IMG/VR virus record: IMGVR_UViG_3300042898_002099
From: a virus
Length of the DNA: 64,000 bases
Strand: one strand, 5' to 3'
Shown: piece by piece, positions 37,614-47,656 of the stretch
Position numbering within the stretch: the first letter of the stretch is position 1
Layout of the letters: each line of letters begins with the position of its first letter
Notes under the pieces: model-generated
Told to the model about the DNA's origin: nothing
Seen by the model: the letters and a program-made list of their open reading frames with translations, nothing else
Databases searched by the model: none
Translations under genes and position numbers: made by a program

Positions 37614-39299
37614 TTAGACATTTTCAAGGAATTTTCTTTGCATTTCGTGAATCTCATCTGGAGATTTGGATGATGCTGTAAACCATATTTCGTCAGTTGT
37701 TATTACTGGAGCTTCGTGTTCTGGAACTCCCCTATCAACAATACCAAACGGAGTCAGATTTTCTTCAATCTGTTTAAATTGTTCTTCGTACAGGGCTTTT
37801 CTTAAATTGCTATCAGTTAGGTCTTTAAAAAATGATTCGTTAGTTGCCCATGCAAACAGTACCAGAGTCATAACCAAATCGTCATGATACCCCTCGTCTG
37901 CTTTGTGTGTTCCCCGAACTTCAATAAACGTAGAAATTTCGTTTATAATATCTGGATCATGAATTAGTAATTTTGTGCCCTCAACTAAACTCTTGAACGA
38001 TGTACATCCCAATCGTTTAACTTGTTTAGTTGTTCTTACACCAAGGGTTGCCCCATTTGAAAATCCGCCAGACAGATACTGTCCCGATTTACTGTTATTT
38101 CCGACAAAGAATACATTTTCATATTCTAAGTCCATGTATAATGTATCAGCCACTTGTTGACCGTTATCATTAATCTCAACTAAGCAATATGCTTTGTTGT
38201 AATCTTTTGCTACTTTATATATTATATTTGGAAAAAGCAAAGGACTTATCTTGTTGTTTCTATACTTGGCAACTACGGAATACGGGTATGCTGTGATATC
38301 CAATACTGTAAATGCTGAGTAATCTCCCCCTACTCCTCTGGATGTATCAGCTACAAGCATATACACCTTGTCCTCTTCTGGTTCCACAAATACATCTAAA
38401 CCATCTTTACTATAGATATAGGGCTTAACCGACATTCTACCAATTGTGTCTGGATTGACTAGGGTATTAGAAGATCCAAGGAATCTACATAAAACTTCTT
38501 GGTTGAACTTGAGTTCGCCCAGCATAGCTTTTTGTTCTGCGGCCCATTTATCATCTCTACCAGGTATTTTGCTATATGGAATAAACAATGGAACAAAGCC
38601 ATTCAATTCTTGTTCAGCCTCATTCCAGAATTTCCAGAAGTGATTGTAACCAAGCGGTGTAGATGTTAATAAAATCTTTGTGGTATTACCAGCAGAAATT
38701 GTTGGATAAACAGATGTGAAGAAATCTTCTGCAACATTATTAGGAATAATTGCTGCCTCGTCAATGTACAACCAGTTTACAGATTTACCTCGAATACCGG
38801 ATGAGCTTGTTGCTGCTGTGAATACTTTAGAACCATTCTCAAGTTCAATGTCACCTTTGTTAAATGTCTTTACACCTTGTTGCATCCATATTGGAAGCAT
38901 CTCATACATTAGTTCGTATCTAGAAAGTACTTCTCGAGCAGCTGAAGATTTATTTGCTAGGATGGCGACTGTCTTATTTTCTTGAAATAACGTATACCAA
39001 AGAATACAGGCGGCGGCAGTAATTGTCTTGCCTTGTTGTCGACCTTCCATCAGTATAACTTTACGATTATTAAGTATAATGTTTACTTTTTCTTTTTGAC
39101 AATCGTATAATTTAAAAGGGATTAGACCTTTATCCAATGAAACAATTTTACAATAGTTCTCAATAAAGTAAATTGGATCTTGACTGCATTTTATAATTTC
39201 TTTAACCTGTTCCGAAGAATATGATATGACCGTACCAATCTGTTTTAGATTGGGGTTACCATTGTAGGATAATTTTTTATTGGTCGATGATGTTGTCAT
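37614..39299 (-). CDS. gp17: terminase large subunit
   Basis: YNGNPNLK, RQQGKT, YIDEAA, STPLGYNHF, ADTSRGVGGDYSAF, HDDLVM. Confidence 0.98.
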   Translation of the reverse strand: MTTSSTNKKLSYNGNPNLKQIGTVISYSSEQVKEIIKCSQDPIYFIENYCKIVSLDKGLIPFKLYDCQKEKVNIILNNRKVILMEGRQQGKTITAAACILWYTLFQENKTVAILANKSSAAREVLSRYELMYEMLPIWMQQGVKTFNKGDIELENGSKVFTAATSSSGIRGKSVNWLYIDEAAIIPNNVAEDFFTSVYPTISAGNTTKILLTSTPLGYNHFWKFWNEAEQELNGFVPLFIPYSKIPGRDDKWAAEQKAMLGELKFNQEVLCRFLGSSNTLVNPDTIGRMSVKPYIYSKDGLDVFVEPEEDKVYMLVADTSRGVGGDYSAFTVLDITAYPYSVVAKYRNNKISPLLFPNIIYKVAKDYNKAYCLVEINDNGQQVADTLYMDLEYENVFFVGNNSKSGQYLSGGFSNGATLGVRTTKQVKRLGCTSFKSLVEGTKLLIHDPDIINEISTFIEVRGTHKADEGYHDDLVMTLVLFAWATNESFFKDLTDSNLRKALYEEQFKQIEENLTPFGIVDRGVPEHEAPVITTDEIWFTASSKSPDEIHEMQRKFLENV

Positions 39300-39702
39300 C
39301 TTTTTTACCTAACAATTTCATTAGTTCGCTAGTAGAACCAGCAAATACTACATTATTTTGAGTACCAATTTGAACTGGATCGTCAGCTTGCAATTCTTTA
39401 ACTTGTTTCTGTAATCCTAATAAATCTTTTGAGACATCAGATAAGGTTTTAATAAATTGCCCTGTTACCTCATAACTTCTAGGATGCTCAGAATTTTTAG
39501 ATAAACTAATTAATTCTTCCAAAGTATCCTCACCTTTTAGCAACAATTTTCTCATTGTTTGTCTGGCCAATTGGTAATCATCTTCCTGATCCATTGCTTT
39601 TGTTGCATTTAAATTTTCAGGAATTGAGGGTAAATTTGTATTTTCAGTTTCATCCATTGGATTTATATTAAAAATATCATTCAAATTTTCTATATTTTTC
39701 AT
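39277..39702 (-). CDS. gp16: terminase small subunit
   Basis: DDYQLAR, SEHPRSYEV, NNVVFAGSTSELMKLL. Confidence 0.92.
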   Translation of the reverse strand: MKNIENLNDIFNINPMDETENTNLPSIPENLNATKAMDQEDDYQLARQTMRKLLLKGEDTLEELISLSKNSEHPRSYEVTGQFIKTLSDVSKDLLGLQKQVKELQADDPVQIGTQNNVVFAGSTSELMKLLGKKDDNIIDQ

Positions 39703-39704
39703 AT

Positions 39705-40454
39705 TTAAAAGTCTTCAAAGTTTTCAATATATCCAAACGAATCAGTTACATTTGCAGTTACCGGATCAGGTTGTACTGTTATTATTTGTTGCTGAGATGT
39801 AAGTTCCGCATCATTAAAAATATTAGATGTTGTCTTTTTAATGATACCTTGTTTATTAACAGGACCATAAAAATTAAGTTTCATCACAAAACTTAATGTC
39901 CATATAATAGATCTTCTTGTAGTTAAGTCGCCCTCATAATCATCTTCGAATCCTATAGAATTCAAAATTATAGGCAAATCGTTTTTAATGTTAAGTTGCG
40001 GTACAGCTTTAATAGTTAAATTATAATCAGGATTAAAATAAGGTAGAATTTGTTCTATTACTTGTAATGCATCATCTTGATTTTTTGCATATACATATAA
40101 AATTACATTTATATTATACGGGGTAGGAGCATATTGTGCGTTTGCTGCAGTTGAACTATTAATTGTTCTTGATTGTTGTATTGGACTTATTTTTCTGTTA
40201 GGATCATAGTCCAACGAAATCATTTCAAATCCCATTCTAGGCAATAGAACTTGTACGTTTTGAACGTCTACATTAGGTTGTTGTCTTATCTTAGTTAAGA
40301 ATTTTTGTTTAGGTGAATATGACAGCGGTACTTTTTGTAGTTGCACTACATTGCCATCAGCATCTACTCTTTGTATGGTAATATTATTAAACATATTACC
40401 AAACGCAACGATTGCTTTACGTATTGTTCCCCAATAAAAACGTTGGTCTAACAT
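39705..40454 (-). CDS. gp15: tail sheath stabiliser / tail terminator
   Basis: FY..TIRK.IVAFG.MFN, VPLSYSPKQKF, LPRMGFE, EQILPYFNP. Confidence 0.94.
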   Translation of the reverse strand: MLDQRFYWGTIRKAIVAFGNMFNNITIQRVDADGNVVQLQKVPLSYSPKQKFLTKIRQQPNVDVQNVQVLLPRMGFEMISLDYDPNRKISPIQQSRTINSSTAANAQYAPTPYNINVILYVYAKNQDDALQVIEQILPYFNPDYNLTIKAVPQLNIKNDLPIILNSIGFEDDYEGDLTTRRSIIWTLSFVMKLNFYGPVNKQGIIKKTTSNIFNDAELTSQQQIITVQPDPVTANVTDSFGYIENFEDF

Positions 40455-41203
40455 TATTTACTAACCTCACCAAAAGGATTTCTTTCAGAAAAATCCAAAA
40501 CGTTATCTGCTTCTGCAGTAAAATAATCATTGTCTGCAGCACTAGGATCATTATTTGTAGTCTGTGCTTCATTAATTATTGGAGACAAAGAATTCGATTC
40601 TGTAACTAGAGTTTCGCCGTTTTCTTGTAGCATTTCAAAATTATCCAATGGATCAGCAAATTGATTAAACAGGTTATCTATTTCTTCGACACCGGTTTCA
40701 AACACCTCATTGGAATATTGCATTAATTCACAACTCATTCTAAAAACAAATAATTTACCCACTTGGAAAAACGGTGTTTGGCTGTCTACTTTTCTAATCT
40801 CAAATAAAGATTTTGTTAAAGGCATATAAATTATATCACCCTCAGCTGGTCTAATACTCAATACCGAATTGCCAGTTGAACCAATTGTTTCGACCCACCT
40901 TTTTCTAGAAACAACAAAATTCGCCTGGTCTCTGATTTCCAAACCGAATTTAGTAATTATTTCATCGTCACCATCGTAACCCGAAACATTTTCCATATAC
41001 ATCTCAATCGGATAAGCGTATTCATAACTGTTGTAAGGATCTTCTGTTAATATAGGATCAGGGTTGAAAGGTTTTCTAGGCAAATAATAGACTTCTACGC
41101 CGTAAATCTTCATGGATTCGATAATCAACTCTTCGTATAAATTCTGTTCAGAGCTACGACCTATCGTTTTGCCTGACTGAAAATAATGATTAACTGTTGC
41201 CAT
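40454..41203 (-). CDS. gp14: neck protein
   Basis: EQNLYEELIIES.KIYG.EVYYLPR, KFGLEIRD, RPAEGDIIY, DFSERNPFG. Confidence 0.94.
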   Translation of the reverse strand: MATVNHYFQSGKTIGRSSEQNLYEELIIESMKIYGVEVYYLPRKPFNPDPILTEDPYNSYEYAYPIEMYMENVSGYDGDDEIITKFGLEIRDQANFVVSRKRWVETIGSTGNSVLSIRPAEGDIIYMPLTKSLFEIRKVDSQTPFFQVGKLFVFRMSCELMQYSNEVFETGVEEIDNLFNQFADPLDNFEMLQENGETLVTESNSLSPIINEAQTTNNDPSAADNDYFTAEADNVLDFSERNPFGEVSK

Positions 41204-41210
41204 TTTACTA

Positions 41211-41239
41211 TTGACTTCCTATTGACATGATGTTATCAT
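41211..41239 (+). promoter_or_regulatory. putative sigma70-type promoter on the + strand, antisense to gp13
   Basis: TTGACT-17 nt-TATCAT with extended -10 TG in the gp13/gp14 gap; second TTGACA at 41222. Confidence 0.5.
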
Positions 41240-41271
41240 CATCTATGTACCGGTTTAATAAAGCCTACAAA

Positions 41272-42015
41272 TTATCCAGTAAACATATCCACTGGTAATT
41301 CAAATCTAGATTGCATCTCTGCTTCAATCTTGTTAATTTCCTCTAACGCATCTTCATATATTTTATCGGCATTAAGTGTAACTCCCCCCGGAAGTTGTAC
41401 ACCTGCAAACTTTTTAAGATTCTCTCCCCATTGTCTTTTAAATAGGGCAGTAGTATATTGCTTTAGAAATCTATCGTTATATACGTCTCTATATGTGTCT
41501 GGATCTAATATTCTGTAACATTCAACAATAATGTAATCACCGACATTAGCATCTGCGCCCCAATCCATATCTACGTATAATCGATTCATATGCCTATTAA
41601 ATCTAATTGGTTTAGTACCAACTAATACTTGATTAATTAATTCTAATTCTTGTTTAACCTGATAGTAATAAATCAAATTAGTAGACATTAAGCTATAAAG
41701 GTCATTAATTAAAATTTGGTATCTAATACTAAACATATTAGTACCATCTGATCTATCAGAAAATGGTAAAATTCTGTTGATACCTACAACAGTATCGGGT
41801 ACCGAAATATATTGATTAGTTAAATCTTGTGCAGTAAATTGATGTTTTAGATAAACCATTTCTACAGCATCATAATGATATTCTCTGTAGAATTGAAACG
41901 CGTCATCTATACGATCTTCAATTTGATCATCATCTACATTTATCTCAATAACAGGCGCACCTAATCTGCGCAGGCAATAATCTTTAAGTTGTTCTCTTGT
42001 TGTTACGGTTGCCAT
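41272..42015 (-). CDS. gp13: neck protein
   Basis: LKDYCLRRLGAPVIEINVDDDQIEDRID, KRQWGENLKKF.GVQLPGGVTLN. Confidence 0.95.
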   Translation of the reverse strand: MATVTTREQLKDYCLRRLGAPVIEINVDDDQIEDRIDDAFQFYREYHYDAVEMVYLKHQFTAQDLTNQYISVPDTVVGINRILPFSDRSDGTNMFSIRYQILINDLYSLMSTNLIYYYQVKQELELINQVLVGTKPIRFNRHMNRLYVDMDWGADANVGDYIIVECYRILDPDTYRDVYNDRFLKQYTTALFKRQWGENLKKFAGVQLPGGVTLNADKIYEDALEEINKIEAEMQSRFELPVDMFTG

Positions 42016-42042
42016 AATAGTCCTTTAAATATATATCTACTT

Positions 42043-45000
42043 TTAAAATGTAGATAACGCGTATCTAACCCAATAATCTTGTTCTACGCATAAGTATACA
42101 TAATTTGCGTCTGCAATTATAGAACCTTGTGCACCTCGACTAGATGATGAAGTTGGTATAGCTGGTGAATATTTATTTGTAGATGGCGCAAAATTGCAAC
42201 CATGTGTCAACACGGGCCACAAGTTGCTGCCATTGGATAATGTTTTTCTGGCGGCATCTTCTGAAAATCCTGCGGCAGGCCACCAGCCACAACCAATAAA
42301 TGATATTGGAAATACAACAGATGAATCAGATGCTTCCAATGCTACCCAATGTGAAGAAATAGTACCAGGTATACCATTAAAGCTACACCCAGTAAGAATT
42401 CCTGTTAAGCCTGGTCTGCTTACAGTTTGTTCTACCCAACATTGTGCTTTACCGCCATTGTGTTCAAAGTAAACTCCGTGTAGCGCAAAACCATTCGATG
42501 ATTCTTGTCCACCTACACTGTCTCCACCTGAATTAGTTAATCGCAATCCCCATTTAGATGTGGATAAATCTGTACCCGTACCATTGCCTTCAAAACTGCC
42601 GCCTATATAATTAAATGTACCTGCTCCTACTACCCAACCACCATAAAAATAATTGTTACCTACAGTACAACCTATCATAGTAATAGCATTTGGGCTAGAA
42701 TTAGGTGTTGAAGCTGCATTTCTTTCAAATCTAAATCCATTATTATTAAATGACAATGTTGCTCTTTGTATATGGCTGCTTAAGAAATTAGACGCATATA
42801 TGCCTGTACCAAACCCTTTAATATTTACATCATCTATTTCAAAATATGCAAGTTGATTCATTGTCAGCCCTGCGCCAAACCCTGATGCGGTTCCAAGTAT
42901 ACCCATTTTTCTTATAGCGGAATAACCGCCAAAAGAACTAGCACTAGCACCAGTAAAATTAATACCATTTTGCCCTGAAGTTTCTTGGTAAATATAACTT
43001 GAAGCAGAACCTTCACCTTCGAAATTTACCACTTTAATAGGATCAAGTCTAAATGGCACTGATACATTTATTGGAGATGTTATTTTATAAGTGCCTGCGG
43101 GGAAAAATATTGTGCCGCCATTTGCTGCTAAAGCTGCCGCTACTGCAGCATTGATTGCAGCAGTGTCATTAGTTGTACCATTTCCTACAGCGCCATAAGT
43201 TTTTACATTATAAGTAAAACCAACTCCGGTTGCACCTACCGCCCCCGACGCGCCGGTTGAACCAACTGTACCTATACCCGTCGCACCCGTTGCACCATTT
43301 TGTCCACTAGCGCCGGTTGCACCTGTTGCCCCGACTGAGCCTGCACCCGTGGCGCCTGTTGCTCCGACTGAGCCTGTACCAGTAGCACCAGTTGCACCAG
43401 TTGCACCGGGAATAGTACTTGCCGCTCCCGTAAGACCTGTAGAGCCTCGTACACCTGTAGCACCAGTAGTGCCTAATAGTCCTGTTGCACCGGTCAACCC
43501 TGTTGCGCCAATTACACCTGAAGAACCAGTTGCACCTACAACACTAGCTCCTGAGGCTCCTGTTGCACCAATAACACTTAAACCAGACGCGCCTGTTAGT
43601 CCAGTTGCACCTTGGACGCCAGTAGCACCTGTTGTCCCCGCTCCTGTTCCACCGGTCAATCCTGTTGCACCGGTTAATCCTTGTACACCTGTGGCGCCTC
43701 TCAATCCTGTTGCGCCTAATCCAGTAGCACCAGTCGCACCCAAATTTCCTGTGGCTCCCGTAGATCCCGTTGGACCTATTAATCCTGTTGCGCCTGTGGC
43801 GCCAGTTCCACCTATACTTCCAGGTGTGCCCGTTGCTCCTGTTAAACCAGATGCGCCACTAAACCCTGAGGCACCAGTTGCCCCAGGTAAACTTAGTCCA
43901 GACGCACCAGTTAGTCCTGTTGCTCCGGTTAATCCTGTAGCACCAGTTGATCCTATTCCTGTTGCTCCTGTAGATCCCGTTGCGCCTGTCGATCCGGGTA
44001 TTACAGACGCAGCACCAGTTGAACCGGTCAATCCTGTTGCGCCAGTTGATCCTATTCCTGTGGCTCCCGTAGATCCAGTTGGACCTGTTAATCCTGTTGC
44101 ACCTGTTGGGCCACCTGAAGGACCTGTTGCGCCGGTTGCACCATCAACACCAGCACTACCTGTGGCACCTGTTGGACCACCCGATGGGCCTGTGGCACCT
44201 GTTAATCCTGTTGCGCCAGTTGTTCCTTCGCCGGTTGCGCCTGTTAATCCTGTGGCTCCCGTAGATCCCGTTAAACCTTGTATACCTGTAGCACCTCTGA
44301 AACCTGTTGCACCAGTTGCCCCTGATGACCCATCTATTCCAGACGTTCCCATATTTCCTGTAGCACCTGTAGCACCATCTGAACCAGTGGCGCCAACTAA
44401 ACCTGTGGCTCCTCTTAGCCCAGTTGAACCAGTTAAACCAGTAGATCCCTGTGTGCCTGTAGCACCAACTGATCCTATTCCTGTTGCCCCTGATGCTCCT
44501 GTTGCACCCGAACCTGTGGCGCCTGTTAATCCTGTTGATCCTCGTAGTCCGGTTGCACCAATTAATCCTGATGCACCGGTTGAACCTTGTATACCTGTAG
44601 CACCATCAATCCCCGAGACACCTGTTGCACCAGGTATTCCTGTTGAACCTCTGCTACCAGTTAAACCAGTTGCTCCAGTTAATCCTGTAGCGCCTGTTAG
44701 ACCAGTTGAACCATTAATTCCTGATGCACCAGTTAAACCAGTGGCGCCTGTTGAACCAGTTGCACCATTTGGTCCTCTTATGCCTGTTGCTCCAGTAATA
44801 CTTTGTCCTGTGGCACCAACAGATCCTGTAGCACCTTGTAATCCAGTTGCGCCTGAAGCACCAGATCCTGTAGCGCCTGTTAGACCAGTTGATCCTGTTG
44901 CACCTGTTAGACCAGTTAAACCAGTAGCACCAGATGGGCCTGTTGCACCATCATATAAGAATATTGCGTTTTGCGATATAGGTGTGCCTGGGACAACTAT

Positions 45001-45336
45001 AACATTACCAGTTTGTCCAGGTTCAACTTCAACGATACCTTCTGCTATTCTATAACTTGTAGTTGTGTTTGCAGCATCTACATAGTAAATATATCTACCA
45101 ACATTAATATTTGCTGTACTAGAATTACTCAATCCTATAGCAATTACACCATTTGATGCATCAATTACTGTAGTTATAAGTGCTGCTACAGCATTCGCAG
45201 TAGTATAAGATTTTTTAACGTAACCGTAGACATTAAACCCATTTAAATTTATGGGTTGTTTTTGATTGTCAACAAACGTTATTTGGTCCGAATACGTCGT
45301 ACCTTGAATTACTGTAAAATTAACAACTATTGACAT
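42043..45336 (-). CDS. collagen-like fibre: N-terminal BppU-like anchor, long G-x-T repeat shaft, C-terminal pectate-lyase-like beta-helix
   Basis: IQGTTYS..ITF...PINLNG N-terminus; GAT/GST/GLT triplets; [23 protein letters not shown]...[11 protein letters not shown]. Confidence 0.85.
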   Translation of the reverse strand: MSIVVNFTVIQGTTYSDQITFVDNQKQPINLNGFNVYGYVKKSYTTANAVAALITTVIDASNGVIAIGLSNSSTANINVGRYIYYVDAANTTTSYRIAEGIVEVEPGQTGNVIVVPGTPISQNAIFLYDGATGPSGATGLTGLTGATGSTGLTGATGSGASGATGLQGATGSVGATGQSITGATGIRGPNGATGSTGATGLTGASGINGSTGLTGATGLTGATGLTGSRGSTGIPGATGVSGIDGATGIQGSTGASGLIGATGLRGSTGLTGATGSGATGASGATGIGSVGATGTQGSTGLTGSTGLRGATGLVGATGSDGATGATGNMGTSGIDGSSGATGATGFRGATGIQGLTGSTGATGLTGATGEGTTGATGLTGATGPSGGPTGATGSAGVDGATGATGPSGGPTGATGLTGPTGSTGATGIGSTGATGLTGSTGAASVIPGSTGATGSTGATGIGSTGATGLTGATGLTGASGLSLPGATGASGFSGASGLTGATGTPGSIGGTGATGATGLIGPTGSTGATGNLGATGATGLGATGLRGATGVQGLTGATGLTGGTGAGTTGATGVQGATGLTGASGLSVIGATGASGASVVGATGSSGVIGATGLTGATGLLGTTGATGVRGSTGLTGAASTIPGATGATGATGTGSVGATGATGAGSVGATGATGASGQNGATGATGIGTVGSTGASGAVGATGVGFTYNVKTYGAVGNGTTNDTAAINAAVAAALAANGGTIFFPAGTYKITSPINVSVPFRLDPIKVVNFEGEGSASSYIYQETSGQNGINFTGASASSFGGYSAIRKMGILGTASGFGAGLTMNQLAYFEIDDVNIKGFGTGIYASNFLSSHIQRATLSFNNNGFRFERNAASTPNSSPNAITMIGCTVGNNYFYGGWVVGAGTFNYIGGSFEGNGTGTDLSTSKWGLRLTNSGGDSVGGQESSNGFALHGVYFEHNGGKAQCWVEQTVSRPGLTGILTGCSFNGIPGTISSHWVALEASDSSVVFPISFIGCGWWPAAGFSEDAARKTLSNGSNLWPVLTHGCNFAPSTNKYSPAIPTSSSSRGAQGSIIADANYVYLCVEQDYWVRYALSTF
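43222..44949 (-). repeat. collagen-like Gly-X-Thr coding repeat (about 1.7 kb)
   Basis: Degenerate 9-nt repeats (ggtgcaaca/ggcgcaact etc.) encoding GATG units. Confidence 0.95.
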
Positions 45337-45530
45337 TATAGACCGTTATTTTTTATTTCATTATCAACTAATGTCATCAAATCATCGTTTATTGTCGTGT
45401 GGATTCCTGATAAAATAACTCGTACTTTATCTTTAACTTTTTGTAATGACCCCACAGTTTCATAAATTTCTGCAGTAATAGTTGTAGTATCTGCAACATG
45501 ATCTGCTGTAAGTTGTGTAATATTGATCAT
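45336..45530 (-). CDS. small hypothetical protein
   Basis: Tightly packed in the structural operon. Confidence 0.6.
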   Translation of the reverse strand: MINITQLTADHVADTTTITAEIYETVGSLQKVKDKVRVILSGIHTTINDDLMTLVDNEIKNNGL

Positions 45531-46009
45531 TTGAATCTTCCGTAATAAATTCTATATGCTAAGTTAATAATCTCATCGCCTGTAATATTAGTAAATCCTT
45601 GTCTGTCAAACTTGTGCTTGCATACTATTTTTAAAATTCCAGGTTCAACTATTGTTGTTATTATAGATGAACCAAGATACAACCCTGTACTAGGTTGTAT
45701 AATTTCTCTGACCATAACTGAACCAGACCCACTAATTACAGAACTTCCCGAATCTGCAATACCGCCATTTATTTTATAAAATGGCATAACAAAATAGTCA
45801 TCAGTATTTATTAAAGAATTATTAATCAGAATGAATTCGTCAGAACGATCTACATACTTAGCAGTTGGACTTAACGCTAATACTTTTGGAATACTAATAA
45901 CACCAGGTGTGTTATACAATATGTGGGGCATTCTTTTATCTAAAGAAAACTTAGTATTTCCCGACCTATCGGTTATATTGAATGCGCCAGAATTTAAAGA
46001 AATACCCAT
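45527..46009 (-). CDS. hypothetical virion protein
   Basis: Beta-rich, translationally coupled in the tail operon. Confidence 0.6.
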   Translation of the reverse strand: MGISLNSGAFNITDRSGNTKFSLDKRMPHILYNTPGVISIPKVLALSPTAKYVDRSDEFILINNSLINTDDYFVMPFYKINGGIADSGSSVISGSGSVMVREIIQPSTGLYLGSSIITTIVEPGILKIVCKHKFDRQGFTNITGDEIINLAYRIYYGRFK

Positions 46010-47151
46010 TATTGAATTCCAAGATAAACTAAATTACCCGTTACCTCTACGCTTCCGTTTAGGAAATAATTAGTTGTATTATATTTGTATGTTAAAGACG
46101 AACCAAGACCAGCAAGAGTTTCTCCTTGAGGCCAAATGATACTGTCTGTCTGTAATGTAACTGCACCATTTCGTTCATCATATAAACCACCAGTTTGCGG
46201 ATCTTCGCTACTAGCATTTTCTATAGTTCTACCCTCATTATAACCAGTTGTTATATAGTGAATAGTTGCATTATAAGTATCATATCCATACAACGATCTA
46301 ATATCTGCATATTTGTTTAAGTACGCAATAGGATCAAAGGTAATTGTGCGATCTCCCTTTTCATTTGCATAATGTAATTGGCCTTTATTATAATCTGACC
46401 CATACGCAAGTATTAAATCTGCATAACTAGCAATATATCTTAATGCATCTGCGGGAGAAATATAAAATAAGTTTATTGGCAAAACACCGTTTGTTCCTTC
46501 GGGTTCTCCCGGAATACTATTTAAATATGTGTTAGGATTTATAGTTGTCGGTATCGAAGTTATTTCCTCATTCCCCGTCAGTCTTCTTAAGAATAGATTT
46601 AATTGTGTTGGTATATACTCATATACGCCATTTACTAAATTTGCAGTATACAATAAGTTTTTGCTAATTTCTATAGCATAACCTAAATCATTTGGTTGTT
46701 CTGTATAAACATACTTGGAACCAACTCTTTCCCAATTATAATAAGTATATTTTGTTTGTTTAGTAACTAATCCTGTAAATGTTTGACCACCTACAAAGAA
46801 TTGAAAAAATCCTGTTCTAACAGGTGGCTTATCTAATAGTAAAAGATTGATAAATGTATTGGTATTCAAATCACCGTTAACAGAATAGTTTTCTATAAAT
46901 GGACCTAATACTGGAACATCGGGTCCAATATTTTCTCTTTTAGATATTTGGCTGTAATCTGTAATCTTTATACCGTTTTGCGTTTCTTGATATAGTCTTA
47001 AATCATTAGACTGTAAAGTTTTAGTAAAAGCATAGTTTGCCGCAGATGAATATTGAGCAGTATTTTTGTAAAGATAACTTTTATCTGTACTAAATACATT
47101 ACCCATAGACACAAAATCTTGGGTTAAATTTAAAAGATAAACATTAGCCAT
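46009..47151 (-). CDS. hypothetical virion protein with YIASY.DL...HY...G..EGR repeats
   Basis: Two tandem repeats near the C-terminus resembling repeats of bacterial surface/RTX-type proteins. Confidence 0.6.
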   Translation of the reverse strand: MANVYLLNLTQDFVSMGNVFSTDKSYLYKNTAQYSSAANYAFTKTLQSNDLRLYQETQNGIKITDYSQISKRENIGPDVPVLGPFIENYSVNGDLNTNTFINLLLLDKPPVRTGFFQFFVGGQTFTGLVTKQTKYTYYNWERVGSKYVYTEQPNDLGYAIEISKNLLYTANLVNGVYEYIPTQLNLFLRRLTGNEEITSIPTTINPNTYLNSIPGEPEGTNGVLPINLFYISPADALRYIASYADLILAYGSDYNKGQLHYANEKGDRTITFDPIAYLNKYADIRSLYGYDTYNATIHYITTGYNEGRTIENASSEDPQTGGLYDERNGAVTLQTDSIIWPQGETLAGLGSSLTYKYNTTNYFLNGSVEVTGNLVYLGIQ

Positions 47152-47152
47152 A

Positions 47153-47656
47153 TTAGAAAGATGGTACCGATGCTGTATTTTCGAATGTTAACAAAGTATA
47201 TCTTCTTGTCAGTGTCGTCAATGAATCTGTGTTAACAATATTTCGTTCTTTGATGTAAAATTTAGTACTATCCATTGCCAATGATACAATTCTAAATGAA
47301 TTATTATTTACAATTTGCGCATATGTGTGTCCTGCTATAATTTCTCTTGTGTCATAATCTATTAAAATTGCAGCTGGTACATATCCAAAATTATGTATTG
47401 ATATGGTATATTCGTTGGTATTTTTAGTTGTAACACTTGGATCGGGATCCGCAGTAACTAAAGAATAATTTTGAACAAAATCTGTTTTCGATAAAATATT
47501 TAGATAATCAAATCTAGTATCAAAATATATTCTATTCAAATATGTTGTAGGATTTGTCAATGGTAAATTACTACCCTGTTGTCCCGTGGGGTTATTAAAG
47601 ATAGATACTACCTTTTTGCCCCCAGTTGTGCCCGCCCACAAAACATTAGTTGTCAT
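47153..47656 (-). CDS. hypothetical virion protein
   Basis: P..YLNRIYFDTRFDYL and HNFGYVP; tail-fibre-associated context. Confidence 0.6.
   Translation of the reverse strand: MTTNVLWAGTTGGKKVVSIFNNPTGQQGSNLPLTNPTTYLNRIYFDTRFDYLNILSKTDFVQNYSLVTADPDPSVTTKNTNEYTISIHNFGYVPAAILIDYDTREIIAGHTYAQIVNNNSFRIVSLAMDSTKFYIKERNIVNTDSLTTLTRRYTLLTFENTASVPSF

Noticed and set aside
43349-45055. 568 aa + strand Pro-Val-Ala-rich ORF
   Set aside because: Antisense shadow of the Gly-X-Thr collagen repeat; no independent start signals
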